From assembly GCA_016206155.1 (NCBI GenBank), contig JACQSC010000004.1, positions 217,910 to 281,909 on the forward strand: a stretch of 64,000 nucleotides of DNA, given 5' to 3'. Each line of letters starts with the position of its first letter. Position 1 is the first letter of the stretch. Source of the stretch: Candidatus Uhrbacteria bacterium (lineage in GTDB: Bacteria; Patescibacteriota; Patescibacteriia; JACQRZ01). The notes beneath the pieces were generated by a model. It was not told the origin of the DNA. It saw only the letters and a list, made by a program, of their open reading frames with translations, and did not search any database. Shown here in pieces: positions 10,023 to 20,128 of this stretch. The position numbers and the translations under genes are program-made.

Positions 10023-11722
10023 GCAGGAGTGTACTACTTAAAAGCATCGTAGTTTTTCTTTTCGTGGGGGGCGTTTCATTTTTTGCCAATATCTTTCTTG
10101 CCAACTTTCTGTCAAAGGAGTCAGCCATTTATTACTGGGACTGGTCAACGTTTGAAGTACAGTATTCGCTGGTGACACAAGGCATGAAACATGACCCAGT
10201 GCAGACACTTGCCACTATCTACACCTCACTCATATTCCATCAGTATAGTTTTTTGATTGCGCTTTTTCTCGCGCCATGGGGCTTCCTGTTTGGTACCGAC
10301 AGGGCGGCGTACCTGTTTGGCGTACTGAATGTTTTCGGGCTTCCCGCATTGTTGGTGATCTGCGCTGTTTTTTGGAAATTTATCACGCGAATTGATAAAC
10401 CGACAGCGCCAATTTTTTTTATTCCGTTGGTGGTCGGCATTCTTGATCCTCATTTCTGGAAACCGATTCTTCAGGGATACTACGACGTTGCGGTTGTATT
10501 GGTCATGGGCGCTGTATGGTTGTGCGTGTTGGCACAACAGAAAAATCGAAAGACGTTTTTTAGCGTCACCGCCGGCGTTTTCTTGGCCCTGCTTGCGTTG
10601 ATGCGCCGCTGGACCCCCTTTTGGTCAGTGGCTTTTTTTGCCGCACTCGGCGTTGATTGGCTGATATGCAGAGCGCTCAAGAAAGAGCCGGTATGGAGTA
10701 TGCGCTCCATACTGTATTGCGGGGTTGCCGCACTTTTGAGCTTCTTTCTTATCGCGCCAACGGTTTTTATACACATGGGAACAACACCTTATGCAACCCT
10801 GTACTCTGCATACGCTCTGGGCCGTACACACCTCCAGCTTATGGGTGATGCAATGATTTCCTATGGACTGTTTGGGGTTGGTCTTGCGCTCTACGGATGC
10901 AGTGTCGCGCTTCGGGACAACAGAGTTCGATCATATGCTTTTGTTTTTATCGTGCAAACCCTTTTGACGCTTTTTTTCTTCACCGGCGTGCAGCGCCTTG
11001 ATCCGCACCACCACTATCCTATTGTGCTTGCGGTTATTTTTTTTGAATCCGTTGCCCTATGGTCTCTTTTGCGAAAAGGGATTGCCTCACCGCTTCGATT
11101 GGCGCTTGCAGCAATGGTGTTTATCCTGGCGGCGCTCAATTTTTCCCAGGCATTTATACCACCTGTCCGTGCGCAGATTTCTCAATCGATTTTTTTCTCA
11201 AACGTGTGGCACGACCCGCTGGTTCGCCATGACATTCCCGCGCTTAAAGCATTGATTACATTCGTTGAAGAGACGACACCGCGCAACTCGCCCATCTATG
11301 TCCTTGCGTCCTCCGGGATTCTGAACGATGATATCATAAAATATTCCTGTCGATACGCAAGATTACAGACGAGCCTGTGTGATCGTCTTCTTCCCACCAA
11401 CCACGTCGATCGACGCGACGGCTTTCCAAAGCATTTTTTCAATGCCGAGGCCGTGATTACAACGTCGCCCACCCAATACCATCTTCTCTCACGGGACCAG
11501 AAAGTCATCGGCGCTCTTGCCCAAGCGCTTCACGAGAAGCGCGCAGTCGGGCGCGCCTACAAGAAGGCAGATACGGTGTTCCGCCTTGATGATGGCGTCA
11601 CGGCGGAGGTGTATTACAAGATTCGGGATCCGCTGCCCGAGGAGCTGTCCGATCTTGATGAGATGTTTGAAAAAAATCCTCTCTGGGACGCGCCATCTAT
11701 CTTTTTTCAGGGCGCGCGGTAA
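10019..11722 (+). CDS. Polytopic membrane protein with C-terminal soluble domain, probable GT-C glycosyltransferase
   Basis: Many TM segments, IYYWD in the first loop, ATGA coupling to the GT2 gene. Confidence 0.5.
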   Translation: MSRSVLLKSIVVFLFVGGVSFFANIFLANFLSKESAIYYWDWSTFEVQYSLVTQGMKHDPVQTLATIYTSLIFHQYSFLIALFLAPWGFLFGTDRAAYLFGVLNVFGLPALLVICAVFWKFITRIDKPTAPIFFIPLVVGILDPHFWKPILQGYYDVAVVLVMGAVWLCVLAQQKNRKTFFSVTAGVFLALLALMRRWTPFWSVAFFAALGVDWLICRALKKEPVWSMRSILYCGVAALLSFFLIAPTVFIHMGTTPYATLYSAYALGRTHLQLMGDAMISYGLFGVGLALYGCSVALRDNRVRSYAFVFIVQTLLTLFFFTGVQRLDPHHHYPIVLAVIFFESVALWSLLRKGIASPLRLALAAMVFILAALNFSQAFIPPVRAQISQSIFFSNVWHDPLVRHDIPALKALITFVEETTPRNSPIYVLASSGILNDDIIKYSCRYARLQTSLCDRLLPTNHVDRRDGFPKHFFNAEAVITTSPTQYHLLSRDQKVIGALAQALHEKRAVGRAYKKADTVFRLDDGVTAEVYYKIRDPLPEELSDLDEMFEKNPLWDAPSIFFQGAR

Positions 11723-11756
11723 TATGGAATAGTAATTTCCTAAAAAAATTCATTCT

Positions 11757-12725
11757 ATGATGCACGAAGCTATTGCAGGTTTTGCAAAACAATTTGCATG
11801 GGAGCCTAAAGTTGAGAGACCAACAAAGAAAAAATTTAAAAGGGTGATCGTCGCGGGCATGGGGGGATCGCATTTGGCGGCAGACCTTCTCAAAAGCGTC
11901 CATAGGGAAATCCATATGAATATCCATAGGGATTATGGCTTGCCGTTTATTGCGCCAAGCGAGCGATCGGACACGCTCGTGATTGCAAGCTCGTATTCCG
12001 GAAACACTGAGGAAACAATCGATGCGTTTAAGGAAGCCGGAAAAAAGGGAGTCGCGCGCGCTGCAATAGCTATTGGAGGCAAACTTGAGAAGGTGGCTCG
12101 CGCCGCGCGAGTGCCGTATGTGCAGATGCCCGATACCGGCATTCAGCCTCGCTCGGCGCTGGGGTTTAGCATCAAAGGACTCGCCGCGCTGATGGAGCTT
12201 TCATCATTTACTATGGAGCTGTCGCGTCTCGCAAAAACATTAAAACCCGCGGCGAAGGAAGCACGAGGGAAAACACTTGCCAGAACACTCAAAGGAACCA
12301 TACCCATGGTCTATGCTTCGACCATGAATGAGGCGGTTGCGTATAATTGGAAGATTAAATGTAATGAGACCGGAAAAATTCCTGCGTTTTATAATGTTAT
12401 TCCAGAGCTTAACCACAATGAGATGACGGGATTTGACCATACGCTCAAGAGTGCGGGGCTTTCAAAAAAGTTTACGGTGTTGTTTCTTGCAGATGATGAT
12501 GATAATCCGCGAGTACAAAAACGCATGGCGATTCTTATAAAGCTTTACCGCAGCAGGGGACTTCAATGCGTTACCGTTCCCTTGAAAGGAGACGGCCGGT
12601 GGATGAAGATATTTTCATCCCTTGTACTTGCCGATTGGATTGCATACTATACGGCACTTTCCTACGGCGCAGAGCCAGAGCAGGTGCCGATGGTTGAGGA
12701 GTTTAAGGAGATGATTGCGCGATAA
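11757..12725 (+). CDS. Bifunctional phosphoglucose/phosphomannose isomerase (SIS, archaeal-type PGI/PMI)
   Basis: GMGGS, SSYSGNTEET, QPRSA, WKIKCNETGK, PELNHNE, EQVPMVEEFK. Confidence 0.9.
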   Translation: MMHEAIAGFAKQFAWEPKVERPTKKKFKRVIVAGMGGSHLAADLLKSVHREIHMNIHRDYGLPFIAPSERSDTLVIASSYSGNTEETIDAFKEAGKKGVARAAIAIGGKLEKVARAARVPYVQMPDTGIQPRSALGFSIKGLAALMELSSFTMELSRLAKTLKPAAKEARGKTLARTLKGTIPMVYASTMNEAVAYNWKIKCNETGKIPAFYNVIPELNHNEMTGFDHTLKSAGLSKKFTVLFLADDDDNPRVQKRMAILIKLYRSRGLQCVTVPLKGDGRWMKIFSSLVLADWIAYYTALSYGAEPEQVPMVEEFKEMIAR

Positions 12726-12731
12726 GAACTA

Positions 12732-12850
12732 CTCTATCGGGTTATTGCCCATCGGGACCGGGTATTTTTCTGCTGAAAAATCCCTTAAACTCATGCCGTC
12801 GCATTCCGTATGTCCCTCTGGACAAAAACCCGATAGAGGGCTTCGTAATT
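12732..12850. repeat. Palindromic mini-element family A, copy 1
   Basis: 12-bp IR ctctatcgggtt/aacccgatagag; 39-bp core gggaccgggtatttttctgctgaaaaatcccttaaactc identical to 26516-26554. Confidence 0.85.
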
Positions 12851-12858
12851 TATGGAAA

Positions 12859-15798
12859 TTATAAACCGAGTGGCGCAAGGACAGAGGAATTCGGAAGATA
12901 GAACTGGGTCTGCGGAATAATCTCTTTTGGAATGCGGGAATGAGACCACGAGAGTCGAACGCGCGCATCGCCAGAATATTCTGCATAAACAACGCGGATA
13001 TAATAGAGGCGATCGCGCAAAAGCGTTTTTGTCGCTGTGTATTCTTGGGTTACGTTTGAACCTGTTGATATGAGCGGTGCCGCGGTTGGTGAAATGTGTG
13101 TATCGCCGATATAAAGAGCGGCGTGGTCGTCGGCTTGGAGATGGAACGTGTATGTTCCCTCATACTGGGGTTGGAGAAATCCCTCCCAACGAACAGAGTA
13201 GTTGTCTGTCGGAAGGCGCTCATCGACTTCACGTTCGCCCCATGGAAAATTAACTTTTACATCGGTCCGCTCAAAAACCGGATAAGGGAGCGCAACTTTT
13301 TCGGCAGTGTCAGCGCCCCTGTAATACCGTCCGCGCAAACCCGTTCCGTTACCACGCGGGCGGATCGGTTCAGGCGCAGGGTAGAGATATGCGCGGGGTA
13401 CAATTTCACGTGCGCGCCCACCTCGTTCCCAGAGGAGCTGGATGCCGGTTGGTCCGTCAACATCATAGGTTTCAATGCGAATAGGATATTTACCATGGTC
13501 GAGATATTTTGAAACACGATATTCGGTCGGATATGTCGATACCCGTCGCCATTCGTTCATAAGCATTGCGCTATTTTGATCAACCTCTTGAGATCCTTTG
13601 TCCCCGATCCACAAGTGAATACCGTCATCGACTCGTACGGTAAAGGTATATGTTCCTTTTTCCGGCGCCTCAATCCAACCGGTCCAGCGGACGGAGAAGT
13701 GATCGCGGGGAATTGCGGGGTCGGGCGTACCGTCCCCCCAGAGCAAATTAATTGTTGGATCGATTCGCGTAATGCCAAGCAAGGAAAGGCGGTCATCAAT
13801 AAAGTACTCACCCCAGAGGCCGGTTCCCGTTCCGTTCGCGCTACCAGATCCGCTTGCCCCACCAGTTCCGGCAGATGATATATCCGTCTTTGGAAGCGGG
13901 GTTGGATAGAGATGCTTTTTTGAGATGATTTCTCGGGCGGAACCCTTTCGTTGCCAGAACAGCTGAATGCCCGCTGGGCTGTCGAATTCAAAGTATTCCA
14001 CCCGTATCGGATATCGTTGCCCCGCCTCAAACCTTTTTTCCGCTGTATACTCTTCCATATAGTTCGACACGCGCCGCCATTCGTCCATAAGTTTCTCCTC
14101 GTCAATCCAGAGACGAATACCGTCGTCAACCCGCGCGACGATGGTATACGTTCCGCTCTCCGGCGCCTCAATCCAGCCGGTCCAGCGCGCGGAAAAGTGG
14201 TCTGCGTGCACAGCGGGGTCAGGAGCACGTTCGCGCCAGTCAAAGTTGATTGCTTCAGCCGGGTGTTGTGCCTTTAATGTCTCAAAGTTTTCTCCATCAA
14301 AATACTCGCCGAGTAGTCCTGTCCCTTGAAGCTTCGGCACGAGGGTGGCATACAGCGCCTCGCGCGGGACGATGGTGCGCTTGCCGTCAGATCCAGACCA
14401 CTGCAGGTTTATATTCGCAGTTTGGGTGTATTCTGTATACTCGAGCGCTAAAGAATACCGACGGCCCTGCTCAAGAAGAATCGGAAGCGCATGATTTATT
14501 TTTCCCGCGCGCATGCCCGTGGTATCAAGTACCGCATGCCCATCAATCGTAAGTTTTATACGATCGTCAACCCGGCTTGAGAATTGATAAAAGTCTGTCC
14601 GTTGTGCCTCTATTTCCCCGGTCCACTTCACTGAAAAATGATCGCTGTTGACCGGTCCGGTTTTCGGCGATCCGCGCCCCCAATCAAAGTTGATTGTCGG
14701 ATCAAGACGGGAAAAAGCCTGCTGTTCAAAATGTTCCCCGTTGTAGTACAGCCCCGCAAGGCCAGTTCCTTGCTTTTTTGGCTGTTGCTGTGCGCGGAGA
14801 GGAGCATAGAGCGCAGAGCGGGGAATGAGCTCCTTTTCCGGCGAAACAGCGTTTGACCAGAGGAGGCGCGCGCGGGCAACGCCACTTTCTTGGCGATAGG
14901 TCAGCGTGAAAGGATATAGTTTTCCCGCGACGAGAAACACCGACCCGGTTCGCTGTTCTGCCGGACCCTCGGATTGCGTTGATATCTCGGCTTTTCCATC
15001 TTCCCCTTGAAGTGAAAACGCAACGGGTCCGTCCGCGCTCGTATGAAAGCGGTAAAACGTAGATATGCGCGGCTCGATCTCTCCTGACCACGCAACGTCG
15101 AAGCGAAATTTTTCTTTGTTTTGAAAATCGACAGGAAGATCGAGTGAAACCGTTTGATCGGTGCGCGTGACCCGATAGGTCTCTGAATCAATATATTGCG
15201 TGATTGTTGCAAGGGCTCCGCTTCCTTTTCCTGCTGGAAGAAGTGCGGGAAGCGGCTCGGCGGAAAGATAGCGTGACGGAATAATTTCCCATACGCCGTC
15301 TGGTGTGCGCCACCAAAGCTGAACAAGGCCATTGTTCTGGCTGTGGCGTGATTTTAATCTGAGATGATAGGTGCGCCCCAGCTCAAAAAACGATTTCCTC
15401 GAAGAGGTGAATTCATAGGTGCCGGGCGTGCGCACGACAGCATCAGAGGGGGCGCCCTCGATAAGGAGCTCGTCGTTGACCCACAGCGCCGCCGCGCCAT
15501 CGCTAATAATGGTGAAAGCATACGTTCCGGTTGCGGGAGGATGGAGGTCGCCCCTCCACTCGGCTGTAAAAAAATCACTGCCAACCGGCGGGCGATTGGT
15601 CGCGTCCCATCGAAAGGAAATGCGCTCATCGGTGCGCATGGCGCCGATGTCACTGTTTCGTTCGATGCGCGTGATGGGATCGCCCGTGCTGTCATAATAG
15701 ATGCCGCGCAGTCCCGCAGACTCCTCGGCAAAAACGTCGCTTACAGCGGACATGGCAAGAAACAGCGCCAAAAGAAAGATACGTGCAAGATATTTCAT
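12859..15798 (-). CDS. Secreted protein with six tandem PA14 domains (putative lectin/adhesin)
   Basis: Signal peptide MKYLARIFLLALFLAMSA; six GLxGxY(Y/F)...FSxRWxG...YxF...DDG...LxW...IP...LY repeats. Confidence 0.88.
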   Translation of the reverse strand: MKYLARIFLLALFLAMSAVSDVFAEESAGLRGIYYDSTGDPITRIERNSDIGAMRTDERISFRWDATNRPPVGSDFFTAEWRGDLHPPATGTYAFTIISDGAAALWVNDELLIEGAPSDAVVRTPGTYEFTSSRKSFFELGRTYHLRLKSRHSQNNGLVQLWWRTPDGVWEIIPSRYLSAEPLPALLPAGKGSGALATITQYIDSETYRVTRTDQTVSLDLPVDFQNKEKFRFDVAWSGEIEPRISTFYRFHTSADGPVAFSLQGEDGKAEISTQSEGPAEQRTGSVFLVAGKLYPFTLTYRQESGVARARLLWSNAVSPEKELIPRSALYAPLRAQQQPKKQGTGLAGLYYNGEHFEQQAFSRLDPTINFDWGRGSPKTGPVNSDHFSVKWTGEIEAQRTDFYQFSSRVDDRIKLTIDGHAVLDTTGMRAGKINHALPILLEQGRRYSLALEYTEYTQTANINLQWSGSDGKRTIVPREALYATLVPKLQGTGLLGEYFDGENFETLKAQHPAEAINFDWRERAPDPAVHADHFSARWTGWIEAPESGTYTIVARVDDGIRLWIDEEKLMDEWRRVSNYMEEYTAEKRFEAGQRYPIRVEYFEFDSPAGIQLFWQRKGSAREIISKKHLYPTPLPKTDISSAGTGGASGSGSANGTGTGLWGEYFIDDRLSLLGITRIDPTINLLWGDGTPDPAIPRDHFSVRWTGWIEAPEKGTYTFTVRVDDGIHLWIGDKGSQEVDQNSAMLMNEWRRVSTYPTEYRVSKYLDHGKYPIRIETYDVDGPTGIQLLWERGGRAREIVPRAYLYPAPEPIRPRGNGTGLRGRYYRGADTAEKVALPYPVFERTDVKVNFPWGEREVDERLPTDNYSVRWEGFLQPQYEGTYTFHLQADDHAALYIGDTHISPTAAPLISTGSNVTQEYTATKTLLRDRLYYIRVVYAEYSGDARVRLSWSHSRIPKEIIPQTQFYLPNSSVLAPLGL

Positions 15799-15919
15799 AG
15801 TGTCAACCCTATCACGCCGGCGCCATAAAATCAACTGATCTCGCACGCGCAGACCGCGTGCATTTCATTGACGAAAAAAATATGGTATGCTTGAAGTATA
15901 ATTCTTCACAAAGATCAAT

Positions 15920-16618
15920 ATGTGGAAAAAGTACGGTCTCATTATTGGCGCGTTGGTGATTGGGCTTGTCGGTGTCGTCTATTATGCCGTGCAGTTTGCT
16001 TCTTATCAGAAGCCCGAAAAGCAGGAGCCACAAGAACAGGCTCAAGCTGGAGAATGGTTTGACGGTGCATCGGGCGGCGGGCCTGGCGGTGGTGCACTTG
16101 AGGGCGCATCTGGCGGCGGTGCATCGGGCGGCTGGCCTGGCGGTGGTGCACCAGATGGCGCGGCAGTGGCGCCGCTCGCAGGGACGTCAGAGATTCCCAA
16201 TGCCGGATCAGCAGAAGGGATGACACTTCCTCCGGCACAGCCCCCTACTTTTGGCACGACAGTGCCACCGGTTGGTACGCCATCAGCAGCAGCGCCGGCG
16301 GATGCCGGCACTCCTCCTCCTGCGCCAATCGTTATTTCCTATGACGGAAAATCGTATACTCCCGCAAGCGTTGAAATAAAAAAGGGTGACCTTGTCATGT
16401 TTGTGAACATGGGAGAAGGAGAGATGTGGCCCGCATCGGCCATGCACCCAACGCACGCGGTCTACCCAACGATAGGCGTGTGTGGTGGAAGCACCTTTGA
16501 TGCTTGTGCCGGAGTTCCTGCCGGTGGGCAGTGGTCGTTTGTTTTTGACAAAGTGGGAAGCTGGAAATATCACGACCACCTCAATCCAAGCGTTCGCGGA
16601 ACGGTTAATGTGAAATAA
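15920..16618 (+). CDS. Membrane-anchored cupredoxin/plastocyanin-like protein with Gly/Pro-rich linker
   Basis: N-terminal TM, GASGGG repeats, YTPASVEIKKGDLVMFVN...HPTH...FDKVGSWKYHDHLNP...GTVNV. Confidence 0.75.
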   Translation: MWKKYGLIIGALVIGLVGVVYYAVQFASYQKPEKQEPQEQAQAGEWFDGASGGGPGGGALEGASGGGASGGWPGGGAPDGAAVAPLAGTSEIPNAGSAEGMTLPPAQPPTFGTTVPPVGTPSAAAPADAGTPPPAPIVISYDGKSYTPASVEIKKGDLVMFVNMGEGEMWPASAMHPTHAVYPTIGVCGGSTFDACAGVPAGGQWSFVFDKVGSWKYHDHLNPSVRGTVNVK

Positions 16619-17439
16619 TGAAGCTTCAGCTTTACCTTACAACTGCCCTCTTGTCCGGCGCGGCATATCTCCTTTCGCTCTACGCAACGTCGGAGCGGGG
16701 CGAGCTTGATTTTTCTGCGCCTGCGACAGTCGTGGGGAGCGGTGGCGTTGATGAGCTTCTTTTGTTCCTTCTCTTTTTTGCCTGCGCAACCGCGTTTATG
16801 ATTGCTCTCTTTCGCATCTATCGGGGGACCGCGCTTTATCGAGTGCTGTTTTCGCTGGTTGCGGTTTTGGGGCTGGTGAAGCTGTTTGAAACAGTTTTTC
16901 CGCTCGAGTTCTCCGCAACGGTTGCGCTTGTCTTTCTTCTTGGGCTCTTTGTTGTTCCGACGGTATGGACGCACGATATCATTGTTATACTTGCGTCAGC
17001 GGGTATCGGATCGATGTTTGCCTTAAACTTTTCTGAATACACCGCGATCGCTCTTCTCTTGATCCTTTCTCTCTATGATGGCATCGCTGTTGTTGTCACG
17101 AAGCATATGATCGCGCTTGCGCATGAAATGATTCGCCATCAGGCAACATTTGCTCTTTTTGTTCCCGAACGATTGCGCGGCTTTGCCGCAGCGATCGGTA
17201 CGATTCGTCCAGGCGCCGGTTTCCTTGTCTTTGGCGGGGGCGATCTTGTTCTTCCGATGATATACTTATCTGTAATTGCCCGGGAGAGTACAACGCTCGC
17301 TGGATATGGCGTTGGCGGAGCTCTTGTTGGACAGTTCCTTAATCATATGTTTCTCACCACGCTACGAAAGCCAATACCGGCGCTCCCTTTAATCGCGCTG
17401 GGTGCGATTGCGGGCGTAGCGCTGGGGCGCTTTATATGA
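16618..17439 (+). CDS. Presenilin/signal-peptide-peptidase family (A22) GxGD intramembrane aspartyl protease
   Basis: LYDGIAVVVTKHM (YD), GGGDLVLP (GxGD) and PIPALP (PAL) motifs in a polytopic protein. Confidence 0.85.
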   Translation: MKLQLYLTTALLSGAAYLLSLYATSERGELDFSAPATVVGSGGVDELLLFLLFFACATAFMIALFRIYRGTALYRVLFSLVAVLGLVKLFETVFPLEFSATVALVFLLGLFVVPTVWTHDIIVILASAGIGSMFALNFSEYTAIALLLILSLYDGIAVVVTKHMIALAHEMIRHQATFALFVPERLRGFAAAIGTIRPGAGFLVFGGGDLVLPMIYLSVIARESTTLAGYGVGGALVGQFLNHMFLTTLRKPIPALPLIALGAIAGVALGRFI

Positions 17440-18905
17440 AAACACTGATATTCAAACGGACGCTTCTGCTCGGCGCCATTGTCATTGCACTGTCAACGAT
17501 GGGGCTCTCGTGTACTTTTTTTCAATCGGAAGACGCTGTTAAAGAGGCACAACGTCCCATTACGCTTGAGTTCTGGGGTGTTTTTGATGAAGGATCCTCA
17601 TTTGATCCTCTCATCGCCGCGTATCGAATAGAACATCCAAACGTTACCATCAATTACCGTAAATTTCGCCCCGAGGAATACGAGCAGGAGATTATTGAGG
17701 CGCTTGCCGAGGATCGCGGACCAGATATCCTTGCCATTCATAACACATGGGTAGACAAGTACATCAACAAGCTGGCGCCAATGCCACCGGTGATGAATAT
17801 CAGTTTTGTTGTGACAAAGGGCAAGGTAAAACAGGTGACCGAGGCAGAGGTGCGCCAGATAAAAGGATACACGCCCGCCTCTATTCAAGAGGCATTTGTG
17901 CCGACGGTAGTTGACGATGTGATTCGGTTCATTGACGGGAGTCCGCGCATTCTCGGCCTGCCGTTCTCGGTTGATACGCTCGCGCTTTTTTATAATCAGA
18001 CACTCTTGCGAAACACCGGCGTGATTCTCGCGCCGCCAAAGTATTGGGCGGTTTCGGATGACGATCCTCAGGCGACGCAGAAGCGCGTGTTGTTTCAGGA
18101 TTTTGTATCGCAGGCAGCGAGATTGACCGTCTTTACTGACGAGATGACAAGGGAAATTATTCAATCCGGCGCGGCATTTGGCAGCGCGAATAACATCGCG
18201 CGCGCCAACGACATACTTGCAACCCTTATGCTGCAGAACGGCAGCCAGATGGCTGGTGATAGTACGGTTAACTTCGATTACGACCCTTCCTTCCCGCGCC
18301 CGCTTGCCGTCAATCCGGGTGTTGAGGCGTTGCGCTTCTACACGGATTTTGCCTCTCCGTCTAAACAGATCTATGTCTGGAACGAGACGTTCCCTGAGAG
18401 TTTTGAGGCGTTTGCGCAAGGCAGAACAGTGATGTTTTTTGGCTATTCGTATCATGCGAGCCAGCTGGCGTCGCGCGCGCCCCAGCTTCGGTTGGGGGTG
18501 GCGCCTGTTCCTCAAATTAATCCAAACCGGCCGGCTGTTTCCGCCAACTATTGGGTGAATGGCGTTTCACGGAAATCAAAGAACCAAGAGTATGCGTGGG
18601 ATTTTTTGCGCTTTGCAACACAGCCGGAAGTGCTAAAAGGTTATCTTGCGGCCGCCAAGCGCCCCACACCACTGCGCAGCCTCATTGATGAGCAAAAAAA
18701 AGATCCACAACTCGAACCGTTTGTGTCCCAGCTTTTTTATGCCCGTAACTGGTATCATGGCAAGAACCCCTCCTCTATGGAAAATGCATTTACCGAAATG
18801 ATTAACGGCGCGTTTCAGAGCAAAGCCTCATCGAACGAGGAGCATCGTGCAGAATTGACCCGCCTCATGGACGACGCGCAAAAAATCATCCAAAATGGGT
18901 GGTGA
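17436..18905 (+). CDS. Extracellular solute-binding lipoprotein (sugar-binding family 1-like), no transporter nearby
   Basis: Lipobox MGLSC, ITLEFWG, GPDI, GLPFSVDTLALFYN, FAQGRTVM, AWDFLRF. Confidence 0.85.
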   Translation: MKTLIFKRTLLLGAIVIALSTMGLSCTFFQSEDAVKEAQRPITLEFWGVFDEGSSFDPLIAAYRIEHPNVTINYRKFRPEEYEQEIIEALAEDRGPDILAIHNTWVDKYINKLAPMPPVMNISFVVTKGKVKQVTEAEVRQIKGYTPASIQEAFVPTVVDDVIRFIDGSPRILGLPFSVDTLALFYNQTLLRNTGVILAPPKYWAVSDDDPQATQKRVLFQDFVSQAARLTVFTDEMTREIIQSGAAFGSANNIARANDILATLMLQNGSQMAGDSTVNFDYDPSFPRPLAVNPGVEALRFYTDFASPSKQIYVWNETFPESFEAFAQGRTVMFFGYSYHASQLASRAPQLRLGVAPVPQINPNRPAVSANYWVNGVSRKSKNQEYAWDFLRFATQPEVLKGYLAAAKRPTPLRSLIDEQKKDPQLEPFVSQLFYARNWYHGKNPSSMENAFTEMINGAFQSKASSNEEHRAELTRLMDDAQKIIQNGW

Positions 18906-18953
18906 TAAAAAAATTTCAGATTTCAGATTTATGATTTTTGACGAAATATAGTC

Positions 18954-20120
18954 ATGAAATGGATTCACCCCACTGTCATTTCCCTGATGAGCGTTATCGG
19001 AGCTGCATTTTTTCTCTTTCCCGGAGAGGTGTCGGCGCAAGAGGGAATTATTCCCCAGTGTGCCTGGGCAGCAGGAGAGACCTATGGCCTTGGCGCGTTT
19101 ACCCTACTTGCGATAAACGTTCTCAAGTTCATCTGGGGCATTTTAGGCAGTCTTGCCCTCGTGATGTTCGTCTGGGGCGGTTTTCTCTGGCTCACTGCGC
19201 GCGGAGAAGAGAATCAAATTAAGCAGGGATGGGACACGCTCGTCAACGCCGCTATAGGCCTCTTAATAGTGCTTGGCAGCTGGCTGATTATCAATACGAT
19301 TATCCTCTCCCTGACAACGCCGGGCGACTGGAGTAAAGTCGCGCGGGTTTTTTCCAAGGATTGGTCTGAGCTTGTCAGAGGAGATATTTGCGTCAATGTT
19401 GCCGCGAGCGTGAAAAGCTGGGGAATGGGAAAGGCGGCATCCGGCTCGGCGGCAACCGGTGGGGGGGATGGTGTATGTTGTCTGGAGAGTAATTTAGGCG
19501 CAGTATTTAACAAGGGCGTAAATGAAGATCGTTGCAAGCAGCTATTAATCAAACTTGCAAATAACGGTGCTAGCAGACAGCCGACAGCATACTATTGTCC
19601 TTCATCTGTCGATGAATCCGTATGTGGAAACAAAGAGATACGAGGGGGCGCTCGCTATAATCCTGATGACAAGACGGGTGAATATTGGAGAATGAATTGT
19701 TCTTCTGGACAGGTAGTCTACTCGATTATAAATAAAGGTGATGTATGCGCGGATGATAAAAAAATTTGCCGGGAACCTTATGTGTGTCTCCCAACGGGAG
19801 GGGGGAAGAAGTGTGTCGATGAGAACGAACAAGGAAAGTGTGTTTTGGTTGTTTCGGCTACCCTTGGTAGCGAGACGAAAAAAATTGTTGCGACATTCGA
19901 TACTGGCACGAAGAGAGATGATTGCAAAGGAAAAACATATCCAAACACAACGATTACTATGAATTCGCAGAGTTGGACTATAACGGGCGTTGAATATATT
20001 CAATGGTGTGAACAAGACGCATCAGATGGAAGCGTGTGGTCATCCGATTCTTCGCCAGGAATCAACGCAGTTGAAAAAGAATTTGGAAGGTGGGGAAGAA
20101 CGTGCGTTTCTGTAAAGTAG
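18954..20120 (+). CDS. TrbC/VirB2-like pilin 1 with long Cys-rich C-terminal extension
   Basis: Signal peptide; pilin core GSLALVMFVWGGFLWLTARGEENQIKQGWDTLVNAAIGL; more than 200 aa Cys-rich tail. Confidence 0.8.
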   Translation: MKWIHPTVISLMSVIGAAFFLFPGEVSAQEGIIPQCAWAAGETYGLGAFTLLAINVLKFIWGILGSLALVMFVWGGFLWLTARGEENQIKQGWDTLVNAAIGLLIVLGSWLIINTIILSLTTPGDWSKVARVFSKDWSELVRGDICVNVAASVKSWGMGKAASGSAATGGGDGVCCLESNLGAVFNKGVNEDRCKQLLIKLANNGASRQPTAYYCPSSVDESVCGNKEIRGGARYNPDDKTGEYWRMNCSSGQVVYSIINKGDVCADDKKICREPYVCLPTGGGKKCVDENEQGKCVLVVSATLGSETKKIVATFDTGTKRDDCKGKTYPNTTITMNSQSWTITGVEYIQWCEQDASDGSVWSSDSSPGINAVEKEFGRWGRTCVSVK

Positions 20121-20128
20121 CATCGAGT

